Source: an uncultured Chthonomonadaceae bacterium
GTDB lineage: Bacteria; Armatimonadota; Chthonomonadetes; Chthonomonadales; Chthonomonadaceae
Reading direction: 5' to 3'
Assembly (NCBI GenBank): GCA_963835065.1
Contig: CAWIEK010000043.1
Location: forward strand, 1-64,000
DNA length: 64,000 nt
Part shown: positions 1 to 9,757 of the stretch, one piece after another
Layout: every line of letters begins with the position of its first letter
Position numbering within the stretch: the first letter of the stretch is position 1
Translations under genes and position numbers: made by a program
Notes under the pieces: model-generated
What the model saw: only the letters and a program-made list of their open reading frames with translations
The model's database searches: none
What the model was told of the DNA's origin: nothing

Positions 1-29
1 TTGACACAGATTGCGCGAAGTGGTACAAT
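1..29 (+). promoter_or_regulatory. sigma70-type promoter upstream of dxs
   Basis: TTGACA (1-6), 17-nt spacer, TACAAT (24-29). Confidence 0.6.
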
Positions 30-170
30 TCCGGGAACGGTTGCGGCCTGCGCTCCCTTTTCGATGATTTTTGGTCACATGGGAACCTGTCCGACGTATT
101 TTAACTATTAACAGGATGTTAAGGAAGACGCGCCGAACGCTGTTTTCCTGCCATTACACACTACTGCCCG

Positions 171-292
171 GATTTTCGATTTTCGATTTTCGATTTTCGA
201 TTGACGATTGCCCTACACCAGAGCGTTCTGCGTTTGTTGTGGCAGTTCTCAATCGAAAATCGAAAATCGAAAATCGAAAATCACAAAAGGGG
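171..292. repeat. Inverted heptamer tandem-repeat hairpin (GATTTTC)n...(GAAAATC)n
   Basis: About 4-5 units on each arm, reverse-complementary, ~40-nt spacer, in the dxs leader. Confidence 0.9.
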
Positions 293-302
293 TTGAACTC
301 GC

Positions 303-2342
303 ATGTACGATTTGCTGTCCCGTGTGCATAGTCCCGCCGATTTGAAACCGCTTTCGCGCGAACAATTGAAACAGGTTGCCAACGAACTGCGCCAGGCGAT
401 CATTGACAACCTTTCCAAGACCGGCGGCCACTTCGCTTCTGATTTGGGCGCTGCCGACATGATTCTCGCGCTCCACACCGTCTATAATGTGCCTACGGAT
501 AAAATTATCTGGGACACGGGGCATCAGTGCTACGCGCACAAGATGCTCACGGGGCGGCTGGATCGCTTCGAGACGCTGCGGCAGTATGGCGGCCTGAGCG
601 GATTTTTGCGCCGCGAGGAAAGCGAGTACGATTTATTCGGCGCGGGACACGCGGGAACCAGCATTTCCGCCGCGTATGGTTTTGCCGTTGCGCGCGATCT
701 GGCCGGCAAAAGCAAGGACGAACACGTTCTTGCGGTCATTGGCGACGCCAGCATGACGGCGGGCATGGCGCTGGAAGGGCTGCACAACGCGGGACACAGC
801 GGGCGCAACTTCGTGGTTGTTCTCAACGACAACGACATGAGCATTGCCGAGAGTGTGGGCGCCCTGTCCACATATCTTGCCAAACTGCGCGTGTCACGAC
901 TGTACCAGAACGTGGAAGCGCAAACCAAAAGCGCCCTGAAATATGTTCCCGGCGCTCCCGGACGCCTTATCAGCCGCGCCGCCAGCAGCGTTTTGCGCCA
1001 AAACCTCACGCACCTTGTTTCCGCCGACAACTCCGGCGTGTTGTTTGAAGAATTGGGTTTCAAATACTTCGGGCCGGTAGACGGCCACGATCTGGATTTA
1101 ATGATTGATCTGTTCACGGCTATCAAACAGATAGACGGCCCCGTTTTCGTGCATCTGCGGACGTTCAAGGGCAAGGGCTACGATCCCGCCGAGGGTGATG
1201 CGCGCAAGTGGCACGCCGTCACGCCGCCCATGTTCAAGGACACGGCAGCGGGCACGGCCAGCGGCAGCAAGTCCAGCGGGCAAACGTGGACCAACGTGTT
1301 CAGCAACGCCTTGATGGAAATGGCCGCGCAGGATCCGAAAGTGGTGGCGATTACCGCCGCAATGCCGGATGGAACCGGCCTGACCAAGTTCAGCCAGGTC
1401 TACCCGGATCGCTATTTCGACACGGCCATTGCCGAACAACACGCAGTCGGGTTCGCGGCGGGGTTGGCGGCTTCGGGCGTGAAGCCCGTCACGACCATCT
1501 ACAGCACGTTCCTGCAGCGCGCTTATGACATGATTGAGCATGACGTGGCCCTGCAAAACCTGCCCGTGATTTTCTGCATGGATCGCGCCGGGCTTGTGGG
1601 CGACGACGGCCCGACTCATCATGGCGTCTTTGATATCGCGTACCTGCGCCACATTCCCAACGTTTCCATCCTTGCGCCCAAAGACGGCCCGGAATTCGAC
1701 CTGATGCTGCGCTACATGGTGCAGGAACACGTCGTCGGCTCCCATTCCGGCCCCATCGCCATCCGCTACCCACGCGGCAACGCGCCGAGCATTGATTGGC
1801 CGGTAGCAGGGAACAGGGAACAGGGAACAGGGAACAGAGAAAACCAGTCACCAGCCACCTACAACCAGCCACCAATTGCTTACGGCAAGGCCGAGGTGCT
1901 GATGGAGGGCGAGGATGTGGCGCTGATGGCGTATGGCAACATGGTCGCGCCCGCGTTTGAGGCGGCGCAGGCATTGCAGGCCGAGGGCGTCAGCGTCCAT
2001 TTTGTCAACCTGCGCTGGGCCAAGCCGCTGGACAAGCAAGTGGTGCTGGACGCGGCGCGGCGGACGGGCAAAGTGATTGTGATGGAAGAAGGCATCATCA
2101 CGGGCGGCGTCGGGTCAGGCGTACTGGAACTGCTGGCGGAAAACGGCGTGTCCAATGTCAAGGTGAAACTGTTCGGCGTCCCGGACAAGTTCATTGAGCA
2201 TGGCGCGATTCCCATTCTGCACCGCCTGTGCATGCTGACCGCGCAGGACTTCGCCGCCGCCGCTCGCGACCTGCTCGGCCACGCGCAGCCCGAACCGGAG
2301 CGCATGACGCAGGACGGCCCCCACGAGGCGCTGACAGCGTGA
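303..2342 (+). CDS. dxs: 1-deoxy-D-xylulose-5-phosphate synthase
   Basis: GGHFASDLG, WDTGHQCYAHK, GDASMTAG...NDN TPP motif, IAEQHAV, YSTFLQRAYD, DGPTHHG. Confidence 0.97.
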   Translation: MYDLLSRVHSPADLKPLSREQLKQVANELRQAIIDNLSKTGGHFASDLGAADMILALHTVYNVPTDKIIWDTGHQCYAHKMLTGRLDRFETLRQYGGLSGFLRREESEYDLFGAGHAGTSISAAYGFAVARDLAGKSKDEHVLAVIGDASMTAGMALEGLHNAGHSGRNFVVVLNDNDMSIAESVGALSTYLAKLRVSRLYQNVEAQTKSALKYVPGAPGRLISRAASSVLRQNLTHLVSADNSGVLFEELGFKYFGPVDGHDLDLMIDLFTAIKQIDGPVFVHLRTFKGKGYDPAEGDARKWHAVTPPMFKDTAAGTASGSKSSGQTWTNVFSNALMEMAAQDPKVVAITAAMPDGTGLTKFSQVYPDRYFDTAIAEQHAVGFAAGLAASGVKPVTTIYSTFLQRAYDMIEHDVALQNLPVIFCMDRAGLVGDDGPTHHGVFDIAYLRHIPNVSILAPKDGPEFDLMLRYMVQEHVVGSHSGPIAIRYPRGNAPSIDWPVAGNREQGTGNRENQSPATYNQPPIAYGKAEVLMEGEDVALMAYGNMVAPAFEAAQALQAEGVSVHFVNLRWAKPLDKQVVLDAARRTGKVIVMEEGIITGGVGSGVLELLAENGVSNVKVKLFGVPDKFIEHGAIPILHRLCMLTAQDFAAAARDLLGHAQPEPERMTQDGPHEALTA

Positions 2343-2347
2343 GAATG

Positions 2348-2378
<31 letters not shown>

Positions 2379-2461
2379 CAACGTCAGGCGTTAAGCGTTG
2401 AGCGCGGATATATGGGAGCCGAATACTGGAAGGTATTCGGCTCTTTTTCGTTTAACTCTTC

Positions 2462-2637
2462 TGCGCCAGGGGTTGAAATCCCCGTCTACATGGCCTGCGG
2501 CCAGGCGTCCTGCGGACGCAATCCTTTGTTTACAGAGTTGTGCGTTCGTAGGGACATAACATGTTATGTCCGCGCTCTACGCTAAAGGGAGAGGACATAA
2601 CATGTAGGGAGAGGACATAACATGTTATGTCCCTACG
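2462..2637. repeat. Cluster of GTAG-type REP-like palindromes
   Basis: GTAGGGACATAACATGTTATGTCC(CTAC) in three full or partial copies (2548-2637), plus GTAGACGGGGATTTCAACCCC on the minus strand at ~2469-2489. Confidence 0.7.
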
Positions 2638-2697
2638 CGGAACGCCATTCAAACGGTGGTTGAAAACCACCGGCGAAAGGTTTCTGGAAGGAATACT

Positions 2698-3393
2698 ATG
2701 GACAATGCAGCGCTGGCGCAATTACGCAAAGTGTCTTTGTTTTCCAGTTTGGACGAGGATTTGCTGCAAACGGTGGCGCGGCATAGCCGCAAGCGGCGGT
2801 TCAAGGCCAACGAGTATTTGTTTCATAAGGACGATCCGGGCTATACCCTGTATATCATTCTTGCGGGGCATGTCCATGTACAGAACATTGCCGCCAATGG
2901 CGAAATAGTTCACATTGCGCGGCGCGGGCCGGGCGAAATGTTCGGCGAAATGTCGCTCATTGACGGCAAGCCCCGCATGGCGGATGTCGTGACCGTCATG
3001 GATTGCGAACTGCTGATACTGGATCGCGTCGCGTTCGTGGAAATGATACATTCCAGCCCCGCGATAGCCCTGCACATCATGGCCTGCCTCGCCGACCGCT
3101 TGCGGCAGGCGGCGGAACATCTGGAAAGCCAGCAAGAAATGGACGTGTTGGGGCGCGTAGCGCAAATTCTGCTGCAATTGCTGCAAGCGCACGGCGAGGA
3201 TGATCCGAAGGGCGGCAGGCGCATTGGGGTGAAAATCACGCAGGAGCAGCTTGCCGCGCAGGTAGGAGCCACGCGGGAAACCGTCAACCGCGCGCTCAAC
3301 GCCCTGAAAACCTCCCGCGTTCTGCGCATGGACGGACGCGCCCTCGTGATTATGAATGAGAAAAAGCTGCGGGAGTGCTGCGAACTGGAATAA
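2698..3393 (+). CDS. Crp/Fnr family transcriptional regulator (cNMP-binding domain + HTH)
   Basis: FGEMSL...PRMA cyclic-nucleotide pocket; TQEQLAAQVGATRETVNR HTH; ATG 2698 follows GGAAGG. Confidence 0.93.
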   Translation: MDNAALAQLRKVSLFSSLDEDLLQTVARHSRKRRFKANEYLFHKDDPGYTLYIILAGHVHVQNIAANGEIVHIARRGPGEMFGEMSLIDGKPRMADVVTVMDCELLILDRVAFVEMIHSSPAIALHIMACLADRLRQAAEHLESQQEMDVLGRVAQILLQLLQAHGEDDPKGGRRIGVKITQEQLAAQVGATRETVNRALNALKTSRVLRMDGRALVIMNEKKLRECCELE

Positions 3394-3432
3394 TCCGCAA
3401 GCAAGCCGAAGCAAACGCAAAACTCTCCCTCT

Positions 3433-3461
3433 GCCGCCTGCCGCGTACAGGCGGCTTTTTT
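3433..3461 (+). terminator. Intrinsic terminator after the CRP gene
   Basis: GCCGCCTG-ccgcgta-CAGGCGGC followed by a T run. Confidence 0.75.
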
Positions 3462-3679
3462 GTTGGGAACTTTCAATAAAACTTGTATTCCGGTCGCAGA
3501 CCGGTTGGCGGAACGCCCTTTACATATACAAAAAATTGAAGGCAAAAACGCGGCTTTATGTCAAACGGGAATTATGTATCACTGAAACTCTTGACGGTCT
3601 CAAGGAGGAACGTTTATTTAGGTGGAAGTCCCTTGCTCCTATGGCGGACAACACAGCGCGTAAGGCTGGCAAGGCGGAG

Positions 3680-3701
3680 AAGTGTGACACGCCTCACATT
3701 T
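3680..3701. promoter_or_regulatory. CRP-type binding site
   Basis: aagTGTGA-cacgcc-TCACAttt matches TGTGA-N6-TCACA exactly, with AT flanks. Confidence 0.7.
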
Positions 3702-3827
3702 TAGGATGCGCGACATCACGGCAGCAGGAAGCGGAAGGGATTATACTACTTTTATCTCAACCAATCACACATAAGGCAAAAGCCAAATAGCGGCTTTGCC
3801 TGCGACAACGAAAAGGAAACCTGACCC

Positions 3828-4115
3828 ATGAATACCAATTCCAAACCCAATTTCACCGTGATCGTGATTGTTTTGCTTTGCATTGGCGCATTCATTGAAA
3901 ACGTTGAGAAGCATACGCGCCACGCTTCCAACGCAAGCGTCGGCTACTCGTACAGCCAGCCGTATCACCCGTACTACGACAGCGTCACGCACAGCAACAG
4001 CGCGACTTCGCAGGAAACGAAAGAGTTCTGGCGCAAAATGTACGCATCCCCCACAGACACGCGCTCCGGGCATGAAATGTATAAGGACGATCATGGCGCA
4101 ACGACACCCTGGTGA
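3828..4115 (+). CDS. Small hypothetical protein with an N-terminal hydrophobic segment
   Basis: 95-aa ORF, AAAGGA RBS, N-terminal TM/signal-like stretch. Confidence 0.55.
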   Translation: MNTNSKPNFTVIVIVLLCIGAFIENVEKHTRHASNASVGYSYSQPYHPYYDSVTHSNSATSQETKEFWRKMYASPTDTRSGHEMYKDDHGATTPW

Positions 4116-4211
4116 CATTCCGCGTTGAACGGAGCTTCCCATTCGGGGTCACTTACAGCGAACCCGACAAAGAGATTTAGAGGCTATTCAGAACCTCGTA
4201 AGCGCCCAATC

Positions 4212-6980
4212 TTACCGCGCCAACGCATCCGCAATCACTTGTTGCAGAGGCAGGCTGCCGCCCTGCGCGCAGCCTGCCTCAAATGCCGCCTCGCCAAGCG
4301 CCGCCCGCAGCGTGGCAACAAGCTGATCGTGTTCCTGCTGTTCCTGCGGCGGCAGGGGCGCGCTTGATGTTTTTCGCAAGGTTTGCGCGGCTCCGCAGCA
4401 TTGGGCGGCATGCTCCGGTTCCTGCCGCGCAAGCGCAACAGCGGCCCAGGCTTCCAGCGCATAGGGCAGAATGTGCCGGTCGTCGAGTTCGGCGCATAAC
4501 CTCAAACATTCCGCGAGGAAGGCGCGCGCATCGTCGGTGTTTCCCTGCTTCAAAGCCAACGGCCCCAGATTGACAAGCGTACCCGCCAATCCCCATTTAT
4601 CCCCTAATTCGCGCTGCAACACCAGGCTTTGCCGAAAGTAATCGCGCGCTCCGTCAATATCGCCCTGTCTTTCCGCCAGCGCGCCCAGGTTCGTCAGGGA
4701 ACTGGCAAGGCCATACTTATTGTCGCGCTGGCGGTCAATTTCAAGACTGGCCTGATAATGAACTCGCGCCGCTTCATAGTCGCCCTGTTCCCAGGCGAGG
4801 ATGCCCAGATTGTTGCGCGCCGAGGATTCGGAGGCCAGGTCTCCCTGCGCATGGATAATCTGCAGGGCCTGTTCCAACAGCGAGCCGGCAAGAGCGTAAT
4901 CCCCCCGATATTTGGCGATCACTCCTAAATTCCCCAGGCAACCGGCGCAACCCGGCGCGTTATTTCGCGCCTGCCAGACGGCCAGCGCGTTTTCAAAATG
5001 GGCGCGGGCCAGGCCGAAATCGCCCTGCACTAAGGCGAGCGAACCTGCGCCGATCAGGGCGTTGCCCCGCGCTTCGGTTAAAGCTTGCGCGTCGGGTTGG
5101 GCGAGCAGAAGCGCGTAATAACGCATTCCCTCAGCGGCGTAGCCCCGTATTTGCCAGAATTTAACCAGCGCGGCGGATAGCCGCAATCGCGCTTCCGCTT
5201 CGTCCGCTTCGTCCGCTTCGTCCGCGCCATTGTCGAGCGCGGCGCGCAGATTGGCGTATTCCTGCTCCAACCGGTCAAGCCAGTTCTCCTGCTCCGGCCC
5301 CTGCATTGCCGTCTTTGCCTGCTCGGCAAGAGGGAGGAAGAAGCGGCGGTGACGGACGCGCAAACGGGCAAGCGTCGGCGCGTCAAGGCAGGCGCGGCTA
5401 TATTCCCGCGTGGTTTCCAGCATCCGATAGCGGCTTTGTTCGCTTTGCGGGTCGCAGATTACCAGTGACTTGTCCGCCAGGCTTGCCAGCGTGTCCATCA
5501 CGTCCCACGTTTCACCCTCTTCTATGCAGACGGCTTCCGCCGCTTCCGGCGTCCAGCCGCCCGCGAAAACCGACAGGCGGCAAAACAACGCTTTTTCCTG
5601 TGGATTGAGCAGGTCGTAGCTCCAGTCAATCAGAGCGCGGAGGGTTTGCTGCCGGGGCAGGGCCGAGCGGCTGCCACCCGTCAGCAGGCGAAAGCGGTCA
5701 TTCAGCCGCGCCTCGATCTGCTCAAGGGGCAGAGCGCGCAAGCGGGCGGCGGCCAGTTCAAGGGCGAGCGGGATACCATCCAGACGCCGGCACAAACGGG
5801 CGATAATGGGCGCATTGTGGCGCGTCAGGGTAAACTCCTGCCGATGCGACCGGGCGCGCTCCACGAACAAACGCGCCGCGTCGTACTTCATCAGGATCGC
5901 CGGCCCATCTTTTTCTTCGGCAGGCAGGTCATCCGGCACAGCCAGCGAAGGAACGCGCCAGACGTGTTCGCCGGCAATGTTGAGCGCTTCGCGGCTGGTG
6001 GCAAGCAGGGTCATCCGGGGGCAGGCGCGCAGCAGGCTTTCCGCAAGCGCAGCGCAGGCGTCCAGCAGATGTTCGCAGTTGTCTAAAATTATTAAAATGT
6101 GGCGGGCAGCCAGGTGATTCGTTACCGTTTGCGCGAGAGATTGTCCCGGCTCCTCGCACAGCCCCAAAACGGAACCCAGCGCCTGCGGCACAAGCGCGGC
6201 ATCCGTGAGCGCGGCCAGTTCCACGAGCCAGACGCCATGCTCGTATTGCCCCACGGACTCGGCGGCGGCTTGCAGCGCGAGACGGGTTTTGCCTACGCCG
6301 CCCGCCCCGGTCAGCGTCACGAGGGGATGGGCGCGCGTCAACGCCCGAATCGTCTGCATTTCGGCGTCGCGCCCGATAAAATTTCCCGGCGGGCAGGGCA
6401 GGTTATTGAACGGGGTATTGAGCGATTGCAGGGGCGGGAAATCGCCGCGCAGGGCAGGGTGGCACATTTGCCAGGCGTGTTCCGCGCCGCGCAGATTCTT
6501 CAGGCCGTGCCAGCCCAGGTCCCGCAGCGTCACGCCGTCAGGAAGCGCGTCCCTGACGGCTTCGTAAACGGCCTGTGACAGCACGGTCTGCCCGCCATGC
6601 GCGATGCCGCGCAGGTGGGCGCAGCGATTCACGTCTGTGCTGTTGTAATCGTCTTCGCGCAAATGCGCGTCGCCAATATGCAGGGCGGCGCGAACCGCTA
6701 TGGGCGTATCGGCAGGCCAATCTTCGGCGTGAAGCGCTTTTTGGAACGCGCAGCAGGCCAGAAGCGCGTCTAAGGGCCGCTCAAAAACTGAAAACGTGCT
6801 GTCGCCTTCGCCCCGTTCGCGCACCAGATGGCCGTGATGCTGCTTAATACCGGCGATAACAAGTTCGGCGTGACGGGCATGCGCCTGCTCCATCTGCTGC
6901 GGAAATTGCTCCCACAAGCGCGTACTCTCTATAATATCCGTAAACAAAAACGTCAGTATTCCTGTAGGCAGTTCCGGCAT
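4212..6980 (-). CDS. Class III nucleotidyl cyclase - STAND/NB-ARC ATPase - TPR protein
   Basis: TFLFTDIIEST and GEGDS cyclase motifs; GAGGVGKT Walker A; LDNCEHL; LDGIPLALELAA; C-terminal TPRs. Confidence 0.92.
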   Translation of the reverse strand: MPELPTGILTFLFTDIIESTRLWEQFPQQMEQAHARHAELVIAGIKQHHGHLVRERGEGDSTFSVFERPLDALLACCAFQKALHAEDWPADTPIAVRAALHIGDAHLREDDYNSTDVNRCAHLRGIAHGGQTVLSQAVYEAVRDALPDGVTLRDLGWHGLKNLRGAEHAWQMCHPALRGDFPPLQSLNTPFNNLPCPPGNFIGRDAEMQTIRALTRAHPLVTLTGAGGVGKTRLALQAAAESVGQYEHGVWLVELAALTDAALVPQALGSVLGLCEEPGQSLAQTVTNHLAARHILIILDNCEHLLDACAALAESLLRACPRMTLLATSREALNIAGEHVWRVPSLAVPDDLPAEEKDGPAILMKYDAARLFVERARSHRQEFTLTRHNAPIIARLCRRLDGIPLALELAAARLRALPLEQIEARLNDRFRLLTGGSRSALPRQQTLRALIDWSYDLLNPQEKALFCRLSVFAGGWTPEAAEAVCIEEGETWDVMDTLASLADKSLVICDPQSEQSRYRMLETTREYSRACLDAPTLARLRVRHRRFFLPLAEQAKTAMQGPEQENWLDRLEQEYANLRAALDNGADEADEADEAEARLRLSAALVKFWQIRGYAAEGMRYYALLLAQPDAQALTEARGNALIGAGSLALVQGDFGLARAHFENALAVWQARNNAPGCAGCLGNLGVIAKYRGDYALAGSLLEQALQIIHAQGDLASESSARNNLGILAWEQGDYEAARVHYQASLEIDRQRDNKYGLASSLTNLGALAERQGDIDGARDYFRQSLVLQRELGDKWGLAGTLVNLGPLALKQGNTDDARAFLAECLRLCAELDDRHILPYALEAWAAVALARQEPEHAAQCCGAAQTLRKTSSAPLPPQEQQEHDQLVATLRAALGEAAFEAGCAQGGSLPLQQVIADALAR

Positions 6981-7218
6981 AAAGGTTCTCCCGGCGACAA
7001 ACAAGACGTGGGTTGGAGACACGCCTGCTGTTTTCGCGGTTCGCCGCCTAAACTCCTGCGTAGACTGCCTGCTATTCGCGTATCTTGTATATCATTAGAA
7101 ACGCCGGCAGCCTTGTCCGCGCTGCATGAGAAGCAACGCTTAACGCTCAACGCTCAACGCTACACCCGGCAGTCCTGTCAGCGCTGCATGAAAACGTCAA
7201 AGGCTCTCAAGGAGGCGC

Positions 7219-8472
7219 GTGAAATCCATTTTCGCTATCGTTATTTTCATTCTGGTGTATGCCGTGCTGCTGGCGGGCGAAAATTCGCCGCGCAAACTGG
7301 ATCGTCCTTCTGCCGGTTTGATTGGTGCCGTGCTGATGGTTGTTTGTGGCGTGTTGACGCGCCGGGAAGCGTTTCATGCCATTGACTTCGCCACGCTTGC
7401 CCTGCTGCTCGGCCTGATGATCGTGATTCATTACGCCACTTCATCCGGCCTGCTGGATCATCTGGCCCACGCCCTGATTGCCCGCAGCCGGGGCGCAAAG
7501 CAATTGCTGTGGATGGTCTGCGGCTGTTCGGGCGTCCTTTCGGCCCTGTTCCTCAACGACACCATTTGCCTGCTGATGACGCCCCTATTGCTGACAGCCT
7601 GCAAGCGCGCCAAACTGCCCGCCGAGCCGTACTTGATCGCGCTTGCCACGAGCAGTAATGTCGGGTCGGTAATGACGCTGACCGGCAACCCGCAGAACAT
7701 CCTCATCGGGCAGTCGTCCGGGTGGCACTGGGGCGCGTTTGCGCTGCGCATGGTTCCCATCGGGCTTGTCTGCCTGGTTATCAACGCGCTGGTTGTCGGC
7801 CTTATCTATCGAAAACCGTTGAAAGCAGCGAAATGGGGGGAGGAAGCGGACGGGGAAGAGGACGCGCAGCCATTGCAGCGCGCCCTTGCCGGCAAAACGC
7901 TGCTGGTTCTCGCCGGGCTGCTGATCGCTTTTCTGTGCGGCGTACCGATGGAACTGGCGGCGTTATCGGCGGGCGCGGCCATGCTGCTGCTTGCCAACCG
8001 CCCCGCCGAAGAAACGCTGGCAGGCGTGGATTGGGCGCTGCTGCTGTTCTTTGCCGGGCTGTTCGTGGTTGTAGAGGGCGTGACCAAAACGCAGGCGGGC
8101 CTGATTACGCGCTTTGTGCCCACCCTGACGCGGCAGCCCGGCAGTTTGGGACAACTGGCGAAATTTTCACTGGCAAGCGTGGCCGGCAGCAATCTGTTCA
8201 GCAACGTGCCGTTCGTGATGCTCCTGCGCGGGTTCATGGCAAACCTGCCGCGCACTCCTCTGCTCTGGCTCACGCTGGCCGCGTCCAGTACCTTTGCGGG
8301 CAACCTCACGCTTGTAGGCAGTGTCGCCAACCTGATTGTCGCGCAGAAAGCGCGGCAGGAGTGTCCGCTCGGCTTCTGGGCTTTCCTCAAAGTGGGCGTA
8401 CTGACCACGTTGTTGACGACTCTGGCAAGCATACTCATGCTGTGGCTGTATCAACGCCTGGGCTGGGCATGA
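7219..8472 (+). CDS. ArsB/NhaD/SLC13 (IT superfamily) anion transporter
   Basis: Multi-TM protein; SALFLNDT, SNVGSVMTLTGNPQN, SNVP, GNLTLVGSVANLI motifs. Confidence 0.88.
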   Translation: MKSIFAIVIFILVYAVLLAGENSPRKLDRPSAGLIGAVLMVVCGVLTRREAFHAIDFATLALLLGLMIVIHYATSSGLLDHLAHALIARSRGAKQLLWMVCGCSGVLSALFLNDTICLLMTPLLLTACKRAKLPAEPYLIALATSSNVGSVMTLTGNPQNILIGQSSGWHWGAFALRMVPIGLVCLVINALVVGLIYRKPLKAAKWGEEADGEEDAQPLQRALAGKTLLVLAGLLIAFLCGVPMELAALSAGAAMLLLANRPAEETLAGVDWALLLFFAGLFVVVEGVTKTQAGLITRFVPTLTRQPGSLGQLAKFSLASVAGSNLFSNVPFVMLLRGFMANLPRTPLLWLTLAASSTFAGNLTLVGSVANLIVAQKARQECPLGFWAFLKVGVLTTLLTTLASILMLWLYQRLGWA

Positions 8473-8498
8473 AAATAATTCGCCCTTCTCCTGTTATA

Positions 8499-8574
8499 CT
8501 ATCGGCGCGTGAAAAGTCGGGGTTCGTAGGGCGTTGCTTGCCGCGCCCAATACGCAATTCTGACACGCCGTTAG
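8499..8574. mobile_element. MITE-like element, copy 1 (TA-flanked terminal inverted repeats)
   Basis: TA|CTATCGGCGCGT...ACACGCCGTTAG|TA; same termini as 17991-18076. Confidence 0.6.
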
Positions 8575-8628
8575 TATAACAGGAGAAGGGCCGGGATGGG
8601 GTAATTTCAAAACAACGTGGCGCGTTCG

Positions 8629-9744
8629 TTATTTCACGTCCACTTTGTAGGCGTGGCCGTATTTGCCCTGCCCGAAGGTAACGGACGCGGGTTTGGCGTC
8701 TTTGGGGATCAGAAAAAAGTAGCGGTAGGTGATTTCTTCCCCAGCCGCGATTTCCTGACTCTCCAATAATTCATCCCGCTTCGCTCTGCGCATGGCGTAG
8801 CCGGCTTCCGGCGCCGCTTTGTACTTTTCGCCGTCCGCATCCCGCAGGACGATCTCGTCGCTTTGTCCGCCCAGTTCGAACGTGGTTATGGGTTTGCTGA
8901 ACTCGTTTTTGGCCGTGAAGGTGGCAATGGCGTACCGCTTACCTTCTGTCGGCGCAGTTTTGTCCAGAATAGCTTCCTCGGAAAAGGTCAGCCCGTCGAA
9001 ACGGAGGGCGAAGTAGCCCGCCGGATAGTAGGTTCCCGCCACAGCAGTGGCGGGAATGGCGACGCTCGCCCCGGTCGTGTCCGCAGGGTCGGCGGCGTAT
9101 TTGGGAAGGGGCGCAATCACGTTTTTGGGCGCTCCATCCTGGAAGCCCGCAATGTTATAGCGCACGACTTTTTCACCGGGAAGGTTCTTGCGGCCCTCGT
9201 TGAGAATGATTCTCTTGATCTTCGCTTTCGCCGGTACGGGAATGGCGCAGGAGAGTTCATCTTTGGCTGGTTCCTGTCCGAGTCCCTGCCCCGGCTTGAG
9301 CGTCGCGCTGATTCCCGCGTTGCCCCGGCTCGTCAGCATTACTCGGCCCGACCCCGGCGTGTAGGTCTGCTCCTTGTCATCCACCAGCATCACATCCAGG
9401 TCGCCCCAGGTTTGGTCTTTATCCTTTTCGCTATTCTTGACCGCGAAGGTGATCCAGAGTAGTTTTTCATCGTTTTGCGCCATGCTGCCGGCATAGTCAT
9501 TGTGCGGTTCCAGCGTATAATGCGCCGACAGAATGGTGAAGTTGAAGCCGCTGTTGAGGGTATAAACGACCCCGAAGATGCCGTTGCCGCCCGCAACCTG
9601 CTTCGTGCCGCGCGACTGCCCGCCGTCGTCCGTCTTTTTCGCAGGCGCTTTTTTGTTTTGCCCCGTCGCCACAAGCGGCGCGAGGAGGAGGGCAAGCGCG
9701 ACTGGCGCAAGCAATGCGGCGGCTATGTGTTTTGGATATCTCAT
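8629..9744 (-). CDS. Secreted protein with two DUF4352-like Ig-fold domains
   Basis: Signal peptide; two related modules (ITFAVKN...LVDDKEQTY / ATFTAKN...LRDADGEKY); AGGAGG RBS. Confidence 0.7.
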   Translation of the reverse strand: MRYPKHIAAALLAPVALALLLAPLVATGQNKKAPAKKTDDGGQSRGTKQVAGGNGIFGVVYTLNSGFNFTILSAHYTLEPHNDYAGSMAQNDEKLLWITFAVKNSEKDKDQTWGDLDVMLVDDKEQTYTPGSGRVMLTSRGNAGISATLKPGQGLGQEPAKDELSCAIPVPAKAKIKRIILNEGRKNLPGEKVVRYNIAGFQDGAPKNVIAPLPKYAADPADTTGASVAIPATAVAGTYYPAGYFALRFDGLTFSEEAILDKTAPTEGKRYAIATFTAKNEFSKPITTFELGGQSDEIVLRDADGEKYKAAPEAGYAMRRAKRDELLESQEIAAGEEITYRYFFLIPKDAKPASVTFGQGKYGHAYKVDVK

Positions 9745-9757
9745 TATTTGCCTCCTG

